Source: Oscillospiraceae bacterium (GTDB taxonomy: Bacteria; Bacillota; Clostridia; Oscillospirales; Oscillospiraceae). Taken from it: a stretch of 64,000 nt of DNA. Shown in pieces: positions 17,267-26,857 of this stretch. The notes under the pieces were generated by a model. It was not told the origin of the DNA, ran no database searches, and worked only from the letters and a program-made list of their open reading frames with translations. A program made the translations under genes and the position numbers. Numbering within the stretch: the first letter of the stretch is position 1; the number at the start of each line of letters is the position of its first letter. The DNA lies in contig JAZSRY010000069.1 of assembly GCA_045538735.1 (NCBI GenBank), forward strand, positions 3,810 to 67,809, written 5' to 3'.

Positions 17267-20200
17267 TTGTCAGCGATTAAAGAAAACCTGTTGGAAAAAC
17301 TGAATATGTACAACAAGGATCGGCATAATCTCCGACATATCATCACCGGTCTTTCTCTTGTGGTAATATTGGCGGTTTTTTGGAGCTTGAAGCTCACCGG
17401 CATCGGCATTGCCGGAGAAGCCTTCTGCGGGATGCAGGAGCATATACATAGTGATGAATGCCAGCAAAAAGCGCTGATTTGCATGTTGGAGGAAGCGGAA
17501 GCTCATGTCCATAATGAAACTTGCCTCTATCGGGAGCTTGTTTGCCAAATGGAAGAGACCGATGAGCATTCTCACGGAGAAGCCTGTTGGGTGACTGTCC
17601 CTGATTCTGGATGTGAGTTACAGGAAGAGGATGGTCATGTCCACACAGATCAGTGCCCGGCAGAGCAGACCCAGCTGGATTGCGGCATAGAAGCCAGCGA
17701 GGGACATGCGCATACAGACGAATGCTATGAGATTACAGAAAGCTGTCAGCAGGAAGAGCATATCCACATAGAAAGCTGCTACAGTGATATTACGGCAGAC
17801 CTTGAAACCAGTGACGATTGGGAAATGACACTGGCAGATATGGTTCTGGGACCAACCATAAAAGAAAATGTGGTTCTGGTGGCCAAGTCTCAGCTTGGCT
17901 ATACGGAAAGCGCGCTGAATTTCCAGGTGGATGACAACGGGGTTCGCCGTGGAATCACTCGCTACGGACAGTGGTATGGCAACCCCTATGGGGACTGGTC
18001 GGCCATGTTTGCGTCCTTCTGTTTAGAATATGCAGGCGCGACGGGCCTTCCCATGAATGCCGGCCCGGAGGCTATGCGTCTGGAATGGGAAGCAGCAGAC
18101 TTGTATCGATCAGCAGGAGAAGCCTTGCCGGGAATCGGCGATTTGGTTTTCTTGTGTGAAGGTTCTGAAACCACAAATGCAAATGCTGTTGCAATTATTA
18201 CCCAGGTATCCGAGCAGACGCTCACGGTGATTCAGGGCAACCTGAACGACACGGTAGCGGAAACCACCTATGACATTACAGATCCTGCCATTTTGGGTTA
18301 CGGTCTGATTTCTCTGAGTCCCTTTTACGGGATGTTGGCGGAACCTCTTGATGCAAATGTTCCGCTGGCAGTTGCTACCAACTACAGTACAAGTTTGCTC
18401 ACAAGTACAAATCAGTTTGTCTTTTATGTGGAGAGCGGCGGCAACACCTACGCCATCAACGGCAACGGCGATGCCGTGCAGATTACTGTCGGCAGCGACG
18501 GAAAGATATATACAGATCTGGAAAATCCCAACCAGTTGCTGTGGTCTATATCGTCCTACAACAATAATTCATGGGCGATCCAGAATGCGGCCACCGGACG
18601 ATACCTGCATCCATTCCATAACAGCAACACCGACAACGGCATCATCACCCCCGGTCGATGGGGCACTTCCATCAATGCCGCGGGAACCGGTGTGAAATTC
18701 AGTCATTCGGCATATGTGGGACTGGATTTAGCTAACGGAAGATTCCAGATGGTGCGAAATCAAAACCAGAATGTGACCTTCCGGGTGGGCATCACCCAAA
18801 CCTATACCGTCTGGCTGGACGGCACAGACGGCGGTCTGGGACACCTGACCGGTTCCCCGGATACTGCGTATACGGTCCGTGTGGGAGAAACAATGAAATT
18901 ACCCACAGAATGGACATCCCCCAGTAAGTACAGCTACAAGCTTCGTGGCTGGTACGATGTTACAAATTCCCAATACTATTTACCCGGTGAGGAAATGACG
19001 GTCACCGGCGATGCGGTGCTATATGCAGATTGGGTGGCAAGCACCTATGATATTGGACAATTTAACGCACAGGTAGCAGATTCGGTCAGCACCAACTCCT
19101 TTATCACCACCCACATGTTTGACTATAACTATCTGTTCAATATCCAATCGGCCAGAGCGGAGATAAGCGTCAATGCATCTGACCACTCGGAGCGTTGGTC
19201 CATGGTTACCTCCGGAAGTGTTGACCATGGCGACCAAACGACCCAGAATTTTATCTTTGTGGATAATGATTCAGAAGGCCTCATATGTATTCCCAATAAC
19301 CGAAGCAATCATAATGTCTACCCGGGCGAGGGTATTGTTACACCGGGTATTTATTCTTCTCAGCTTGGCAGCTTGCTGTTTGCTACGAACAACGAGTATG
19401 ACCCGGCTTCGGGAACCGGTGTGTTGGGCAAAACTTATTTGGGAACCGGCGATTATCTGTTCCAGATTATGGACGATCCCAATGATGAGCATTACGGCTA
19501 CTACTATTACGACTCTGCTCGAAATGCCGCATCTTACAACCAAAGCAACCGTCGGTTCTATGTGTACGAATATCTGGCCGCTACATCTGACTCCATTGGC
19601 AGCTCCTATTCGGACTTCCTGCCTCTAAACTCTCCCTATGCCAATACCAACGGCAAGACTACCGGCACTTATAATTACGCAGGTATCAACGGAGAATACA
19701 GTGGTATTCCCCATTTCCGCTATGACTCCAAGTATAATTCCGGCGACTACAACAGCGTCAACAATGTACAGACAGATTATGCTTACGGAATGCGAACGGA
19801 GATCAAGTTCTATCTGCCAAATGACCCCGGTAGTGGAGGCAACAAAGACTTGTATGGCAACGATATGCAATTCCAGTTCAGTGGTGACGATGACCTGTGG
19901 GTATTGATCGACGGCGTTTTGGTACTGGATATCGGCGGTATCCACGGAGCAGAGAACGGCGTGATCGATTTCTCCACCGGACAGGTAACGGTACAGGGAA
20001 ATCGGCAGACCAGCCTGATGGACTTGGGCTTTGGCGCAGGTGACCACACCATGACCGTGCTTTACCTGGAGCGAGGCTCTTCCCGTTCCAACTGCTCGAT
20101 CTATTTTAATCTGGCACCTCGCTTCGGTCTGCAGATCCAAAAAGAGGATGTGCTGACTCAGGTCCTGCTGGATGGTACGCAGTTTGCCGTTTATAAAGAC

Positions 20201-21817
20201 CTGGCCTGCACCGTTCCCGCAGAGCTTTGGGAAAGCGAGGATGTTTACAATGCGGATTTGTCGGACGGTGTGCTTAACCAGTTCCAAAGCAGCTTCACTG
20301 TGCAAAACGGTAAAGCAGAGCTTTGGGGTCTGGGTTCCGGCAATACCTATTACATAAAGGAGACCGTGCCACCGGATAGGGAAGGCTATGGATTGCCTTC
20401 CGGAGTAATCCGGCTGAAGATTGAACGAGAAGGTCAAGCTACCTATCTTGTGGATATGGTTTCCGATGCTGAGGGGAATGAACCTTCCAACGGTTATACG
20501 ATCCACGGTGTAAAGATCGACGAGCAGACTAAAACAGTCTATATCGTTGTGACAAATGCTCCGGAGACAGTAACCGAGACCACTACAGTTCAGGTCATCA
20601 AAAATTGGGAGGACAACAAGAGCCACAGTAATGATTACATCCAGGCCTATCTGACGGTAACCGACCCGGACGGTACGATACGACGGATCCGTGAGGTAAC
20701 GCTCAGTGACGAAAATAGTTGGATGTATATCTGGACCAATTTGCCAAAGTATGATTATGATACGATGGCGGAGGTGCAGTACGGCGTCGAGGAATCCTAC
20801 GAATCCGGTTATTATTCCACGGTTCGAAAGATCACAGAAATTGAGATCACCACGACCCAATGGGCAGAAGCACTCTCCTTCCAAAACGGAGAAACCTATA
20901 TTCTGCGCTCTGGCAGTGGTTATCTGTCTACCCTGGATAACCGAGGCGATACCGGATACAAGTGGGTAGATGAGCAGACGGCGAAATCTTCACCCAATGC
21001 CCTCTGGACCGTAACTGTGAATAACGGAAAAGTGAAATTCACAAATGGTCTCAGGCAGACGATCACATTTTATTATAATGGCGGCAGCGCCACAGACTTC
21101 TATGCCAGAATAGATTCGCCTCAATCAGCTGACTGTCAGGAATTTTCTTATAGTAATCGAGCCGGCGGACTGCAGATTTTCCACCAACAAGGCAGAAATT
21201 ACTACTATCTGACAGGTGATATGAACAGTGCCGGAAAGTTTGATTACGACACGAGCCAAAACAATTCTCTGATTCTAACCCCTATACGAAGGATAACACA
21301 AAGCGACATCCGGGAAGTGGAAGACTGGGCTTACCAAATAACCAACACACCACTGGCTGCCGATAATGAGACTTCGTTGACGGTCAGAAAAGAGTGGGTG
21401 ATCCCCGCGGGCTATGATAAAACACTGTATCAGGAATATGCTGTTACTGTACAGCTGCTTGCCAATGGCATTAACACCGGACGAAGCATCACGCTGAATT
21501 TGAAAAACAATTGGCAAGGCAGCTTCCTGGGTCTTCCCTACAAGGATGAGAGTGGCAATGTGATCCAGTACAGTGTGGCAGAAAACTGGAAAAAACTAAT
21601 GTGGACGACGACCTATGGCCCGATCCAGACCTCTGGCGATTCTACGCCTACCTATTCTACGGTGATCACAAACATCTATTATCCCGGTGGTCCTGAGCTG
21701 CCTTCTACCGGCTCAGCGGCACGACTTATGTATGCACTTTGCGGCACGGCAATTATGCTGGGTGCGCTGGTATGCGGAATCGGATCAAGGTGCAAGCGGG
21801 AAAGGAGGATGAAATAA
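17267..21817 (+). CDS. Large LPXTG-anchored pilus tip/adhesin-type surface protein: signal anchor, 6x ExHxHxxxC repeats, degenerate CHAP-like domain, fibro-slime/PA14-like domain, SpaA/prealbumin-like and CnaB-type domains, LPSTG sorting signal
   Basis: ORF 17240-21817; I prefer the TTG at 17267, 7 nt after AAAGGAGG. Fibro-slime signature FQFSGDDDLWVLIDGVLVLDIGGIHG...LYLERGSS. CnaB-like VIKNWEDN... and VRKEWVIP.... LPSTG (21698-21712) is followed by a hydrophobic segment and a KRERR tail. Confidence 0.88.
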   Translation: MSAIKENLLEKLNMYNKDRHNLRHIITGLSLVVILAVFWSLKLTGIGIAGEAFCGMQEHIHSDECQQKALICMLEEAEAHVHNETCLYRELVCQMEETDEHSHGEACWVTVPDSGCELQEEDGHVHTDQCPAEQTQLDCGIEASEGHAHTDECYEITESCQQEEHIHIESCYSDITADLETSDDWEMTLADMVLGPTIKENVVLVAKSQLGYTESALNFQVDDNGVRRGITRYGQWYGNPYGDWSAMFASFCLEYAGATGLPMNAGPEAMRLEWEAADLYRSAGEALPGIGDLVFLCEGSETTNANAVAIITQVSEQTLTVIQGNLNDTVAETTYDITDPAILGYGLISLSPFYGMLAEPLDANVPLAVATNYSTSLLTSTNQFVFYVESGGNTYAINGNGDAVQITVGSDGKIYTDLENPNQLLWSISSYNNNSWAIQNAATGRYLHPFHNSNTDNGIITPGRWGTSINAAGTGVKFSHSAYVGLDLANGRFQMVRNQNQNVTFRVGITQTYTVWLDGTDGGLGHLTGSPDTAYTVRVGETMKLPTEWTSPSKYSYKLRGWYDVTNSQYYLPGEEMTVTGDAVLYADWVASTYDIGQFNAQVADSVSTNSFITTHMFDYNYLFNIQSARAEISVNASDHSERWSMVTSGSVDHGDQTTQNFIFVDNDSEGLICIPNNRSNHNVYPGEGIVTPGIYSSQLGSLLFATNNEYDPASGTGVLGKTYLGTGDYLFQIMDDPNDEHYGYYYYDSARNAASYNQSNRRFYVYEYLAATSDSIGSSYSDFLPLNSPYANTNGKTTGTYNYAGINGEYSGIPHFRYDSKYNSGDYNSVNNVQTDYAYGMRTEIKFYLPNDPGSGGNKDLYGNDMQFQFSGDDDLWVLIDGVLVLDIGGIHGAENGVIDFSTGQVTVQGNRQTSLMDLGFGAGDHTMTVLYLERGSSRSNCSIYFNLAPRFGLQIQKEDVLTQVLLDGTQFAVYKDLACTVPAELWESEDVYNADLSDGVLNQFQSSFTVQNGKAELWGLGSGNTYYIKETVPPDREGYGLPSGVIRLKIEREGQATYLVDMVSDAEGNEPSNGYTIHGVKIDEQTKTVYIVVTNAPETVTETTTVQVIKNWEDNKSHSNDYIQAYLTVTDPDGTIRRIREVTLSDENSWMYIWTNLPKYDYDTMAEVQYGVEESYESGYYSTVRKITEIEITTTQWAEALSFQNGETYILRSGSGYLSTLDNRGDTGYKWVDEQTAKSSPNALWTVTVNNGKVKFTNGLRQTITFYYNGGSATDFYARIDSPQSADCQEFSYSNRAGGLQIFHQQGRNYYYLTGDMNSAGKFDYDTSQNNSLILTPIRRITQSDIREVEDWAYQITNTPLAADNETSLTVRKEWVIPAGYDKTLYQEYAVTVQLLANGINTGRSITLNLKNNWQGSFLGLPYKDESGNVIQYSVAENWKKLMWTTTYGPIQTSGDSTPTYSTVITNIYYPGGPELPSTGSAARLMYALCGTAIMLGALVCGIGSRCKRERRMK

Positions 21818-21900
21818 GCCTTCTGATCGCGACAATTTGCGCCGTGAATTCGATTCTCTCCAATAAAAAGAAATTATAAAAATAGAAAGGAATACATGTT

Positions 21901-23376
21901 ATGAAAAAGATTATCTCTTTAGTCCTGGTACTGATGCTCATAGCATCCTTGTCTTTTGCTGCGTTTGCAGCAGGCGAAACCGGCTCCATCACCATTAACG
22001 GAGCCAGTGCAGAAAATGTTTATGAGATCTACAGAATGCTGGATCTGAGCCTGAGCGGAAGCGGAAGCGCTTACACCTACACCGTCAACGCAGAATGGGA
22101 AGGCTTCTTTGCAACCACAGAGGCTCAGAAGTACATTAGCATCAACGATGCCGGTGCTGCTTCTTGGGTTGCCGCAGAAGATGATGACACCAAGGCAGCC
22201 TTTGCAAAGCTGGCTCTGGCCCATGCAGAAGCAAATGGTATAGATCCCGTTAAGTCCTCCAGAAACGAAGGCGAATTTGTGTTCACCGCCACTGCCGGTA
22301 AGTTTGAAGGCCTGGAGCTGGGTTACTACCTGATTGACTCCACCATGGGTGCACTGTGCGGCCTGACTACCACCAATCCCAACGCTTCCATCAACGCTAA
22401 AAACGGCAGTCCCACCATCGATAAACAGGTTCAGGAAGATTCCACCGAGCAGTGGGGCAAGACCAATACTGCAGATATCGGTCAGGTCTTAAAGTATCGT
22501 GTTACCATCAATGTCCATGCCGGTGCACAGAACTATATCCTGCACGACACCATGGAATCCGGCCTTGACTTCAGCCGTGTTACCCAGATCCAGCATGTCC
22601 GCCCCGGCAGCGAAAGCCACAACGCTCCTGCAGAAATGTACACTGTCAAGACCGGCGATGCGGTCACTACCGACGGTTGTGACTTTGAAGTTCATTTCAC
22701 ACAGGCATTCTGCGATGAGATGGAAACCAACGATAAGATCATTGTCTACTATGAAGCAGTTATGAATCGTAACGCTGAGATCCACAACGATACCAATGAC
22801 AACGTTGCATGGCTGACCTTCGGTGATGCAGGTGACAATGATCAGCCCCACAAGTCCAATGAGTCTTCCGTCAGCACCCGCACCTTTGGTATCGATATCG
22901 TCAAGACCGACTCCGAGGACAAACTGATCGACGGCGCTAAGTTTAAGATCTATGACGCTATGACCGGCGGCAACGAGATCTTCGTCGTTGCAAATGACGA
23001 AGGCAACGGCTACCTGCGCAATGCAAGCGCAACTGCCGGCGTTGAGATCGAAGTTAAGGACGGTAAGATCCGTGTGGAAGGCCTGGACAACGGTACATAT
23101 TACCTGGAAGAGACCAAGGAACCCGACGGCTATAACAAGCTGACCGCCCGTCAGAAGTTCATCATCTCCGATGCTAACCTGGATGCGACTTTCAATGGCG
23201 ATAATTTCTCCTCTGGCTCCGGCGTGCATGTTGTCAACAACACCGGCTCCCGTCTGCCCGAAACCGGCGGTCTGGGTACCCTGCTGTTCACCCTTCTCGG
23301 CGGCAGCACTGCACTGGGCACCGGCGTTGTTCTGGTAACCAAGAAGAGAATGTCCAAGATTGAGGACGAGGAGTAA
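21901..23376 (+). CDS. Major pilin (SpaA-type isopeptide-forming fimbrial subunit), LPETG sorting signal
   Basis: 491-aa ORF with a signal peptide, an E-box-like YYLEETKEPDGYNKL, and LPETG (23254-23268) followed by a TM segment and a KKR tail. Confidence 0.88.
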   Translation: MKKIISLVLVLMLIASLSFAAFAAGETGSITINGASAENVYEIYRMLDLSLSGSGSAYTYTVNAEWEGFFATTEAQKYISINDAGAASWVAAEDDDTKAAFAKLALAHAEANGIDPVKSSRNEGEFVFTATAGKFEGLELGYYLIDSTMGALCGLTTTNPNASINAKNGSPTIDKQVQEDSTEQWGKTNTADIGQVLKYRVTINVHAGAQNYILHDTMESGLDFSRVTQIQHVRPGSESHNAPAEMYTVKTGDAVTTDGCDFEVHFTQAFCDEMETNDKIIVYYEAVMNRNAEIHNDTNDNVAWLTFGDAGDNDQPHKSNESSVSTRTFGIDIVKTDSEDKLIDGAKFKIYDAMTGGNEIFVVANDEGNGYLRNASATAGVEIEVKDGKIRVEGLDNGTYYLEETKEPDGYNKLTARQKFIISDANLDATFNGDNFSSGSGVHVVNNTGSRLPETGGLGTLLFTLLGGSTALGTGVVLVTKKRMSKIEDEE

Positions 23377-23458
23377 TTCTAATTCCTAAGCTATCACCAT
23401 CCCGGCAGGAGCATCTGCTCCTGCCGGGGGATCCCGCAATAACATTAGGGAGAGACCT

Positions 23459-24289
23459 ATGAAAAATAGAAAAACTACCATTATTCTTTTAATAGCGTTT
23501 TTTATAGGCCTGTCCGTGCTGTTATATCCGTCTATCAGCAGCTACTGGAACTCTAAAACACAGAGCCAGGCTATTGTTGACTATGAATCTATGCTTGCTA
23601 AATATAAACCGGAGGACTACACTGTCATTTTTGAAGAAGCGGATGAATACAACAAAAAACTTCGGCAACTGAAGGTGCCGCTGGTAGAGCATGTTAACTT
23701 AAGCGAATACAATGATGTTCTCAATGTCAGCGGAACCGGCATGATGGGATATGTCACCATTCCTAAGATCAGTCAGGAACTGCCGGTTTACCACGGAACA
23801 TCCGATGCCGTGCTTAGTATTGCGGTTGGCCATATGGAGGGCACAAGTCTGCCGGTAGGCGGTGAAAGCACCCACAGCGTGGTGTCGGCACATCGCGGCC
23901 TTCCTACGGCGGTTTTGTTTACCCACCTGGACCGTATGGAAGTTGGCGATATTTTTTACTTCACGATTTTGGACCGCACCATCACCTATGAAGTGGATGA
24001 AATCCGCATTGTGGAACCCTATGATACAAGCCTGATCCAGATTGAGGAAGGGAAAGATTACTGTACATTGCTGACCTGCACCCCTTACGGCATCAACACT
24101 CAGCGACTGCTGGTTCGGGGATATCAGGTGGATATGTCTCAGCAAAGAAACATCTACGTTGCCAACGAAGCATACCGGGTGGAGCCGCTGATCGTTATGC
24201 CTATCGTAGCGTTTCCTATTATTTTAGTGTTGCTGATTTATGTGATGGTGGCACCTGTAAAGAAAGAAAGCCTGGGGGAGGATATTTGA
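23459..24289 (+). CDS. Class C (pilin-polymerising) sortase
   Basis: 276-aa ORF with an N-terminal TM segment, the motif VVSAHRGLP (His), TLLTCTPYGINTQRLLVRG (Cys and Arg), and the C-terminal TM helix typical of class C. Confidence 0.92.
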   Translation: MKNRKTTIILLIAFFIGLSVLLYPSISSYWNSKTQSQAIVDYESMLAKYKPEDYTVIFEEADEYNKKLRQLKVPLVEHVNLSEYNDVLNVSGTGMMGYVTIPKISQELPVYHGTSDAVLSIAVGHMEGTSLPVGGESTHSVVSAHRGLPTAVLFTHLDRMEVGDIFYFTILDRTITYEVDEIRIVEPYDTSLIQIEEGKDYCTLLTCTPYGINTQRLLVRGYQVDMSQQRNIYVANEAYRVEPLIVMPIVAFPIILVLLIYVMVAPVKKESLGEDI

Positions 24290-25203
24290 TGAAAAAGCGA
24301 ATCCTGCCGCTCATATTGTTGATGCTTGTGTGCTTTGCATCTGTGCGTCCTCTTCCCGTTCAGGCGCTGACACCGCTGGAGCCCGATGCACAGGCGAGCC
24401 TCACATTGCACTATCAAAAAGAAGGTGCAGCCTTTGCAGATTTGCAAATTGGCATTTATCGGGTGGCCGAAGCATTTCCCGATGGCTCCTTTCAGCTGAT
24501 AGAACCTTTTGCGTCTTACCCCATAGATATTCATGGCATCACCATGCAGGAGCAGTGGAATTATGTGGCGCAAACATTATGCTCCTATATTGTCGCTGAC
24601 CAAAGAACTCCGGACTATGAAATGGTGACAGACGAAAATGGCACGGTCTGCTTTTCTGATTTGGATACCGGCTTGTATTTTGTCCGGGAGGCAGTGGCGG
24701 AAAATACCGGCGGTACTTATGTATTCAATCAGTTCATGGTTTATGTGCCCACACCTCAGCCGGACGGCACCTATATCTATGCAGTTGAGGCAAACCCCAA
24801 ATGCACTAAGTTTATACCAAAAGATCAGTATACTGTTACCAAGCTGTGGCAGGATGGAGGCAATAAAAATCTTCGTCCCGAAGAAGTGACGGTGGATATC
24901 TATAGAGACGGAGTGCTCTATGAAACAAAAATTCTCAATGCAGACAATAACTGGAGCTATACCTGGTATGTTTCTGCAGAAGACCATGCCAAGTGGACGG
25001 TGGCGGAGCGAAAAGTGCCGGATGATTACAAAGTCACCATACAACAAAGCGGCAGTAATTTTTCCATTATCAACTCCAATAAAACCACACCGGAAGTTCC
25101 CAAGACCGGTGACAGTTCGGCACCTGTGCTGTGGGCCCTGCTGATGTGCTTTTGCGGTGCTATGGCAGTGATCCTTGGCATTTATAGCAGGAGGCGCAGA
25201 TGA
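24289..25203 (+). CDS. Minor/basal pilin with CnaB-type domain and VPKTG sorting signal
   Basis: The ATG at 24289 overlaps the sortase stop. It has a signal peptide, the CnaB-like segment YTVTKLWQDGGNKNLRPEEVTVDIYRDG, and VPKTG (25096-25110) followed by a TM segment and an RRRR tail. Confidence 0.8.
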   Translation: MKKRILPLILLMLVCFASVRPLPVQALTPLEPDAQASLTLHYQKEGAAFADLQIGIYRVAEAFPDGSFQLIEPFASYPIDIHGITMQEQWNYVAQTLCSYIVADQRTPDYEMVTDENGTVCFSDLDTGLYFVREAVAENTGGTYVFNQFMVYVPTPQPDGTYIYAVEANPKCTKFIPKDQYTVTKLWQDGGNKNLRPEEVTVDIYRDGVLYETKILNADNNWSYTWYVSAEDHAKWTVAERKVPDDYKVTIQQSGSNFSIINSNKTTPEVPKTGDSSAPVLWALLMCFCGAMAVILGIYSRRRR

Positions 25204-25787
25204 AAAAACGGAAATTCCCCCTTTTTCCGGTGTTGGGAATCTGTCTTATTCTGGCCGGAATTTTGATGGTGACCGTTTTTCAAATCCGCATGTATGTGGG
25301 CGCGCAGAATAGTCAGAAGATTCTGTCGAGCCTGGAAGAAATCCTGCCGGAGCGAACGGCGGCTTCTCCCGGAATAAAGCTCGCTTCCGCCATGCCGGTT
25401 CTGGAAATTGATAACACTGACTATGTGGCGGTGCTTGAGGTGCCGGCCTTTGGCATTGAACTCCCCGTGGCCGATAAGTGGGACAGCAATAAACTTTCTT
25501 CTTCACCTGCGCGTTTTTTCGGAAGCGCCTATGACAACAGCCTGATTATCGGTGGTGCCGACGACCCCCGTCAATTTGGGTTTGGTGATAAAATTGAGCA
25601 TGGAGCACGGATTGCCGTCACAGATATGACCGGAGCCCAATTTGCTTATACAGTTTCCGGAGTAGACCGGGCCAAGCACGCAGATGCCCAATGGCTTATG
25701 GATACAGATTGTGACATGACGCTTTTTTGCCATGACATCTATTCTATGGAGTATATTGCGGTAAGATGTGTTTTTTCTTCCAACTAA
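25200..25787 (+). CDS. Small sortase-like protein with non-canonical active-site region
   Basis: 195-aa ORF with GGAGG RBS and an N-terminal TM segment. The sortase-like core has MTLFCHD (in place of TLxTC) and YIAVRC (Arg). The position of the GH(R/T) His motif reads IIGGADD. Confidence 0.65.
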   Translation: MKKRKFPLFPVLGICLILAGILMVTVFQIRMYVGAQNSQKILSSLEEILPERTAASPGIKLASAMPVLEIDNTDYVAVLEVPAFGIELPVADKWDSNKLSSSPARFFGSAYDNSLIIGGADDPRQFGFGDKIEHGARIAVTDMTGAQFAYTVSGVDRAKHADAQWLMDTDCDMTLFCHDIYSMEYIAVRCVFSSN

Positions 25788-25829
25788 TCCCGTTCAAAGA
25801 ATAAAGCGTTATTAGGCTTATTACACATA

Positions 25830-25866
25830 AAAAACCTGCAAGCCCATCGGGCTTGCAGGTTTTTTG
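25830..25866. terminator. Bidirectional intrinsic terminator between the pilus locus and the convergent esterase gene
   Basis: CCTGCAAGCCC-ATC-GGGCTTGCAGG flanked by an A-run and a T-run. Confidence 0.88.
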
Positions 25867-25869
25867 TTT

Positions 25870-26790
25870 TCATATCATCCGCTTCATAAAGGCGATGCGC
25901 TGTTCCATAGCTGCCAGAGTAGTGGGCGCTTTTGTGACGATATCGAAACCGTGCATCGTTCCCTTGGTTTCATTCAATACAACTTCGATGCCGGCATCCC
26001 GGAGAAGTCGGGCATAAAGGATGCCGTCATCGTGGAGGCAGTCAAATTCCGCCGTCTCGATATATGCGGGAGGCAGTCCTTCATGACTTGCCGCTTCCAC
26101 GGGGGAATACCAGATATAATTGGGATGTTCACGACCCACCTTTGTCATGGGACCGATCCGCTCTGACAGGGAAGAATTCCACATAGGAGTATCGGTGAAG
26201 CGCTTAGCGGACAGGCTCTCGTTGCGGGCATCCAGGAAGGGATAGGGGAGCATCTGGAATCGGAATTTAACAGGATGCTTTCTCTCCCTTGCCATAAGGC
26301 ACACACCCACCGCAAGGGTGGAGCCTGCGCTGTCGCCGCCTATGCCAATACGCTCCCTATCAATGCCCAGCTCTTCGGCTTGGTCATATGCCCAGCAAAA
26401 AGCGGCATAGCAGTCCTCAAAGAACGCAGGGAAGGGGTGCTCCGGCGCAAGGCGATAGTTGATAAACACCACCTTGCAGCCAAGCTCTTTGGCGTAGCGC
26501 ATAGCGTTTTTATAGTGATAGCCTGCAGCGCTGAGCACAAAACCGCCGCCGTGAATGTAAATAAGGCACGGAGAGTTATCCTTGGCCGCTTTCGGAGACA
26601 TCAGGAAGCATTCGATTTTTTCACCGTCATAACTTTTGATTTCATAAGGGCGCACATCAAGCTTTTTGTCCTTATAGATCCATTTCGGCACTTTCATATT
26701 GGCTACAGCCACTTTAAGAAACTTCTCGCTGATGGGTGGTGTGAAAAGCGAAAATGGAAAAAATTCCTTGCTGATGGGATATCTGCTCAT
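25870..26790 (-). CDS. Alpha/beta-hydrolase, hormone-sensitive-lipase-type esterase
   Basis: ORF 25870-26838; I prefer the ATG at 26790 (MSRYPISKE) after GGAGTG. Oxyanion motif HGGGF and nucleophile motif GDSAG. Confidence 0.88.
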   Translation of the reverse strand: MSRYPISKEFFPFSLFTPPISEKFLKVAVANMKVPKWIYKDKKLDVRPYEIKSYDGEKIECFLMSPKAAKDNSPCLIYIHGGGFVLSAAGYHYKNAMRYAKELGCKVVFINYRLAPEHPFPAFFEDCYAAFCWAYDQAEELGIDRERIGIGGDSAGSTLAVGVCLMARERKHPVKFRFQMLPYPFLDARNESLSAKRFTDTPMWNSSLSERIGPMTKVGREHPNYIWYSPVEAASHEGLPPAYIETAEFDCLHDDGILYARLLRDAGIEVVLNETKGTMHGFDIVTKAPTTLAAMEQRIAFMKRMI

Positions 26791-26857
26791 ATTTTTCACT
26801 CCGTCAAACTTTCTGTTTCTGCTGGGTAAAATATGCACGCAAATAAAGGCTGTTTTT

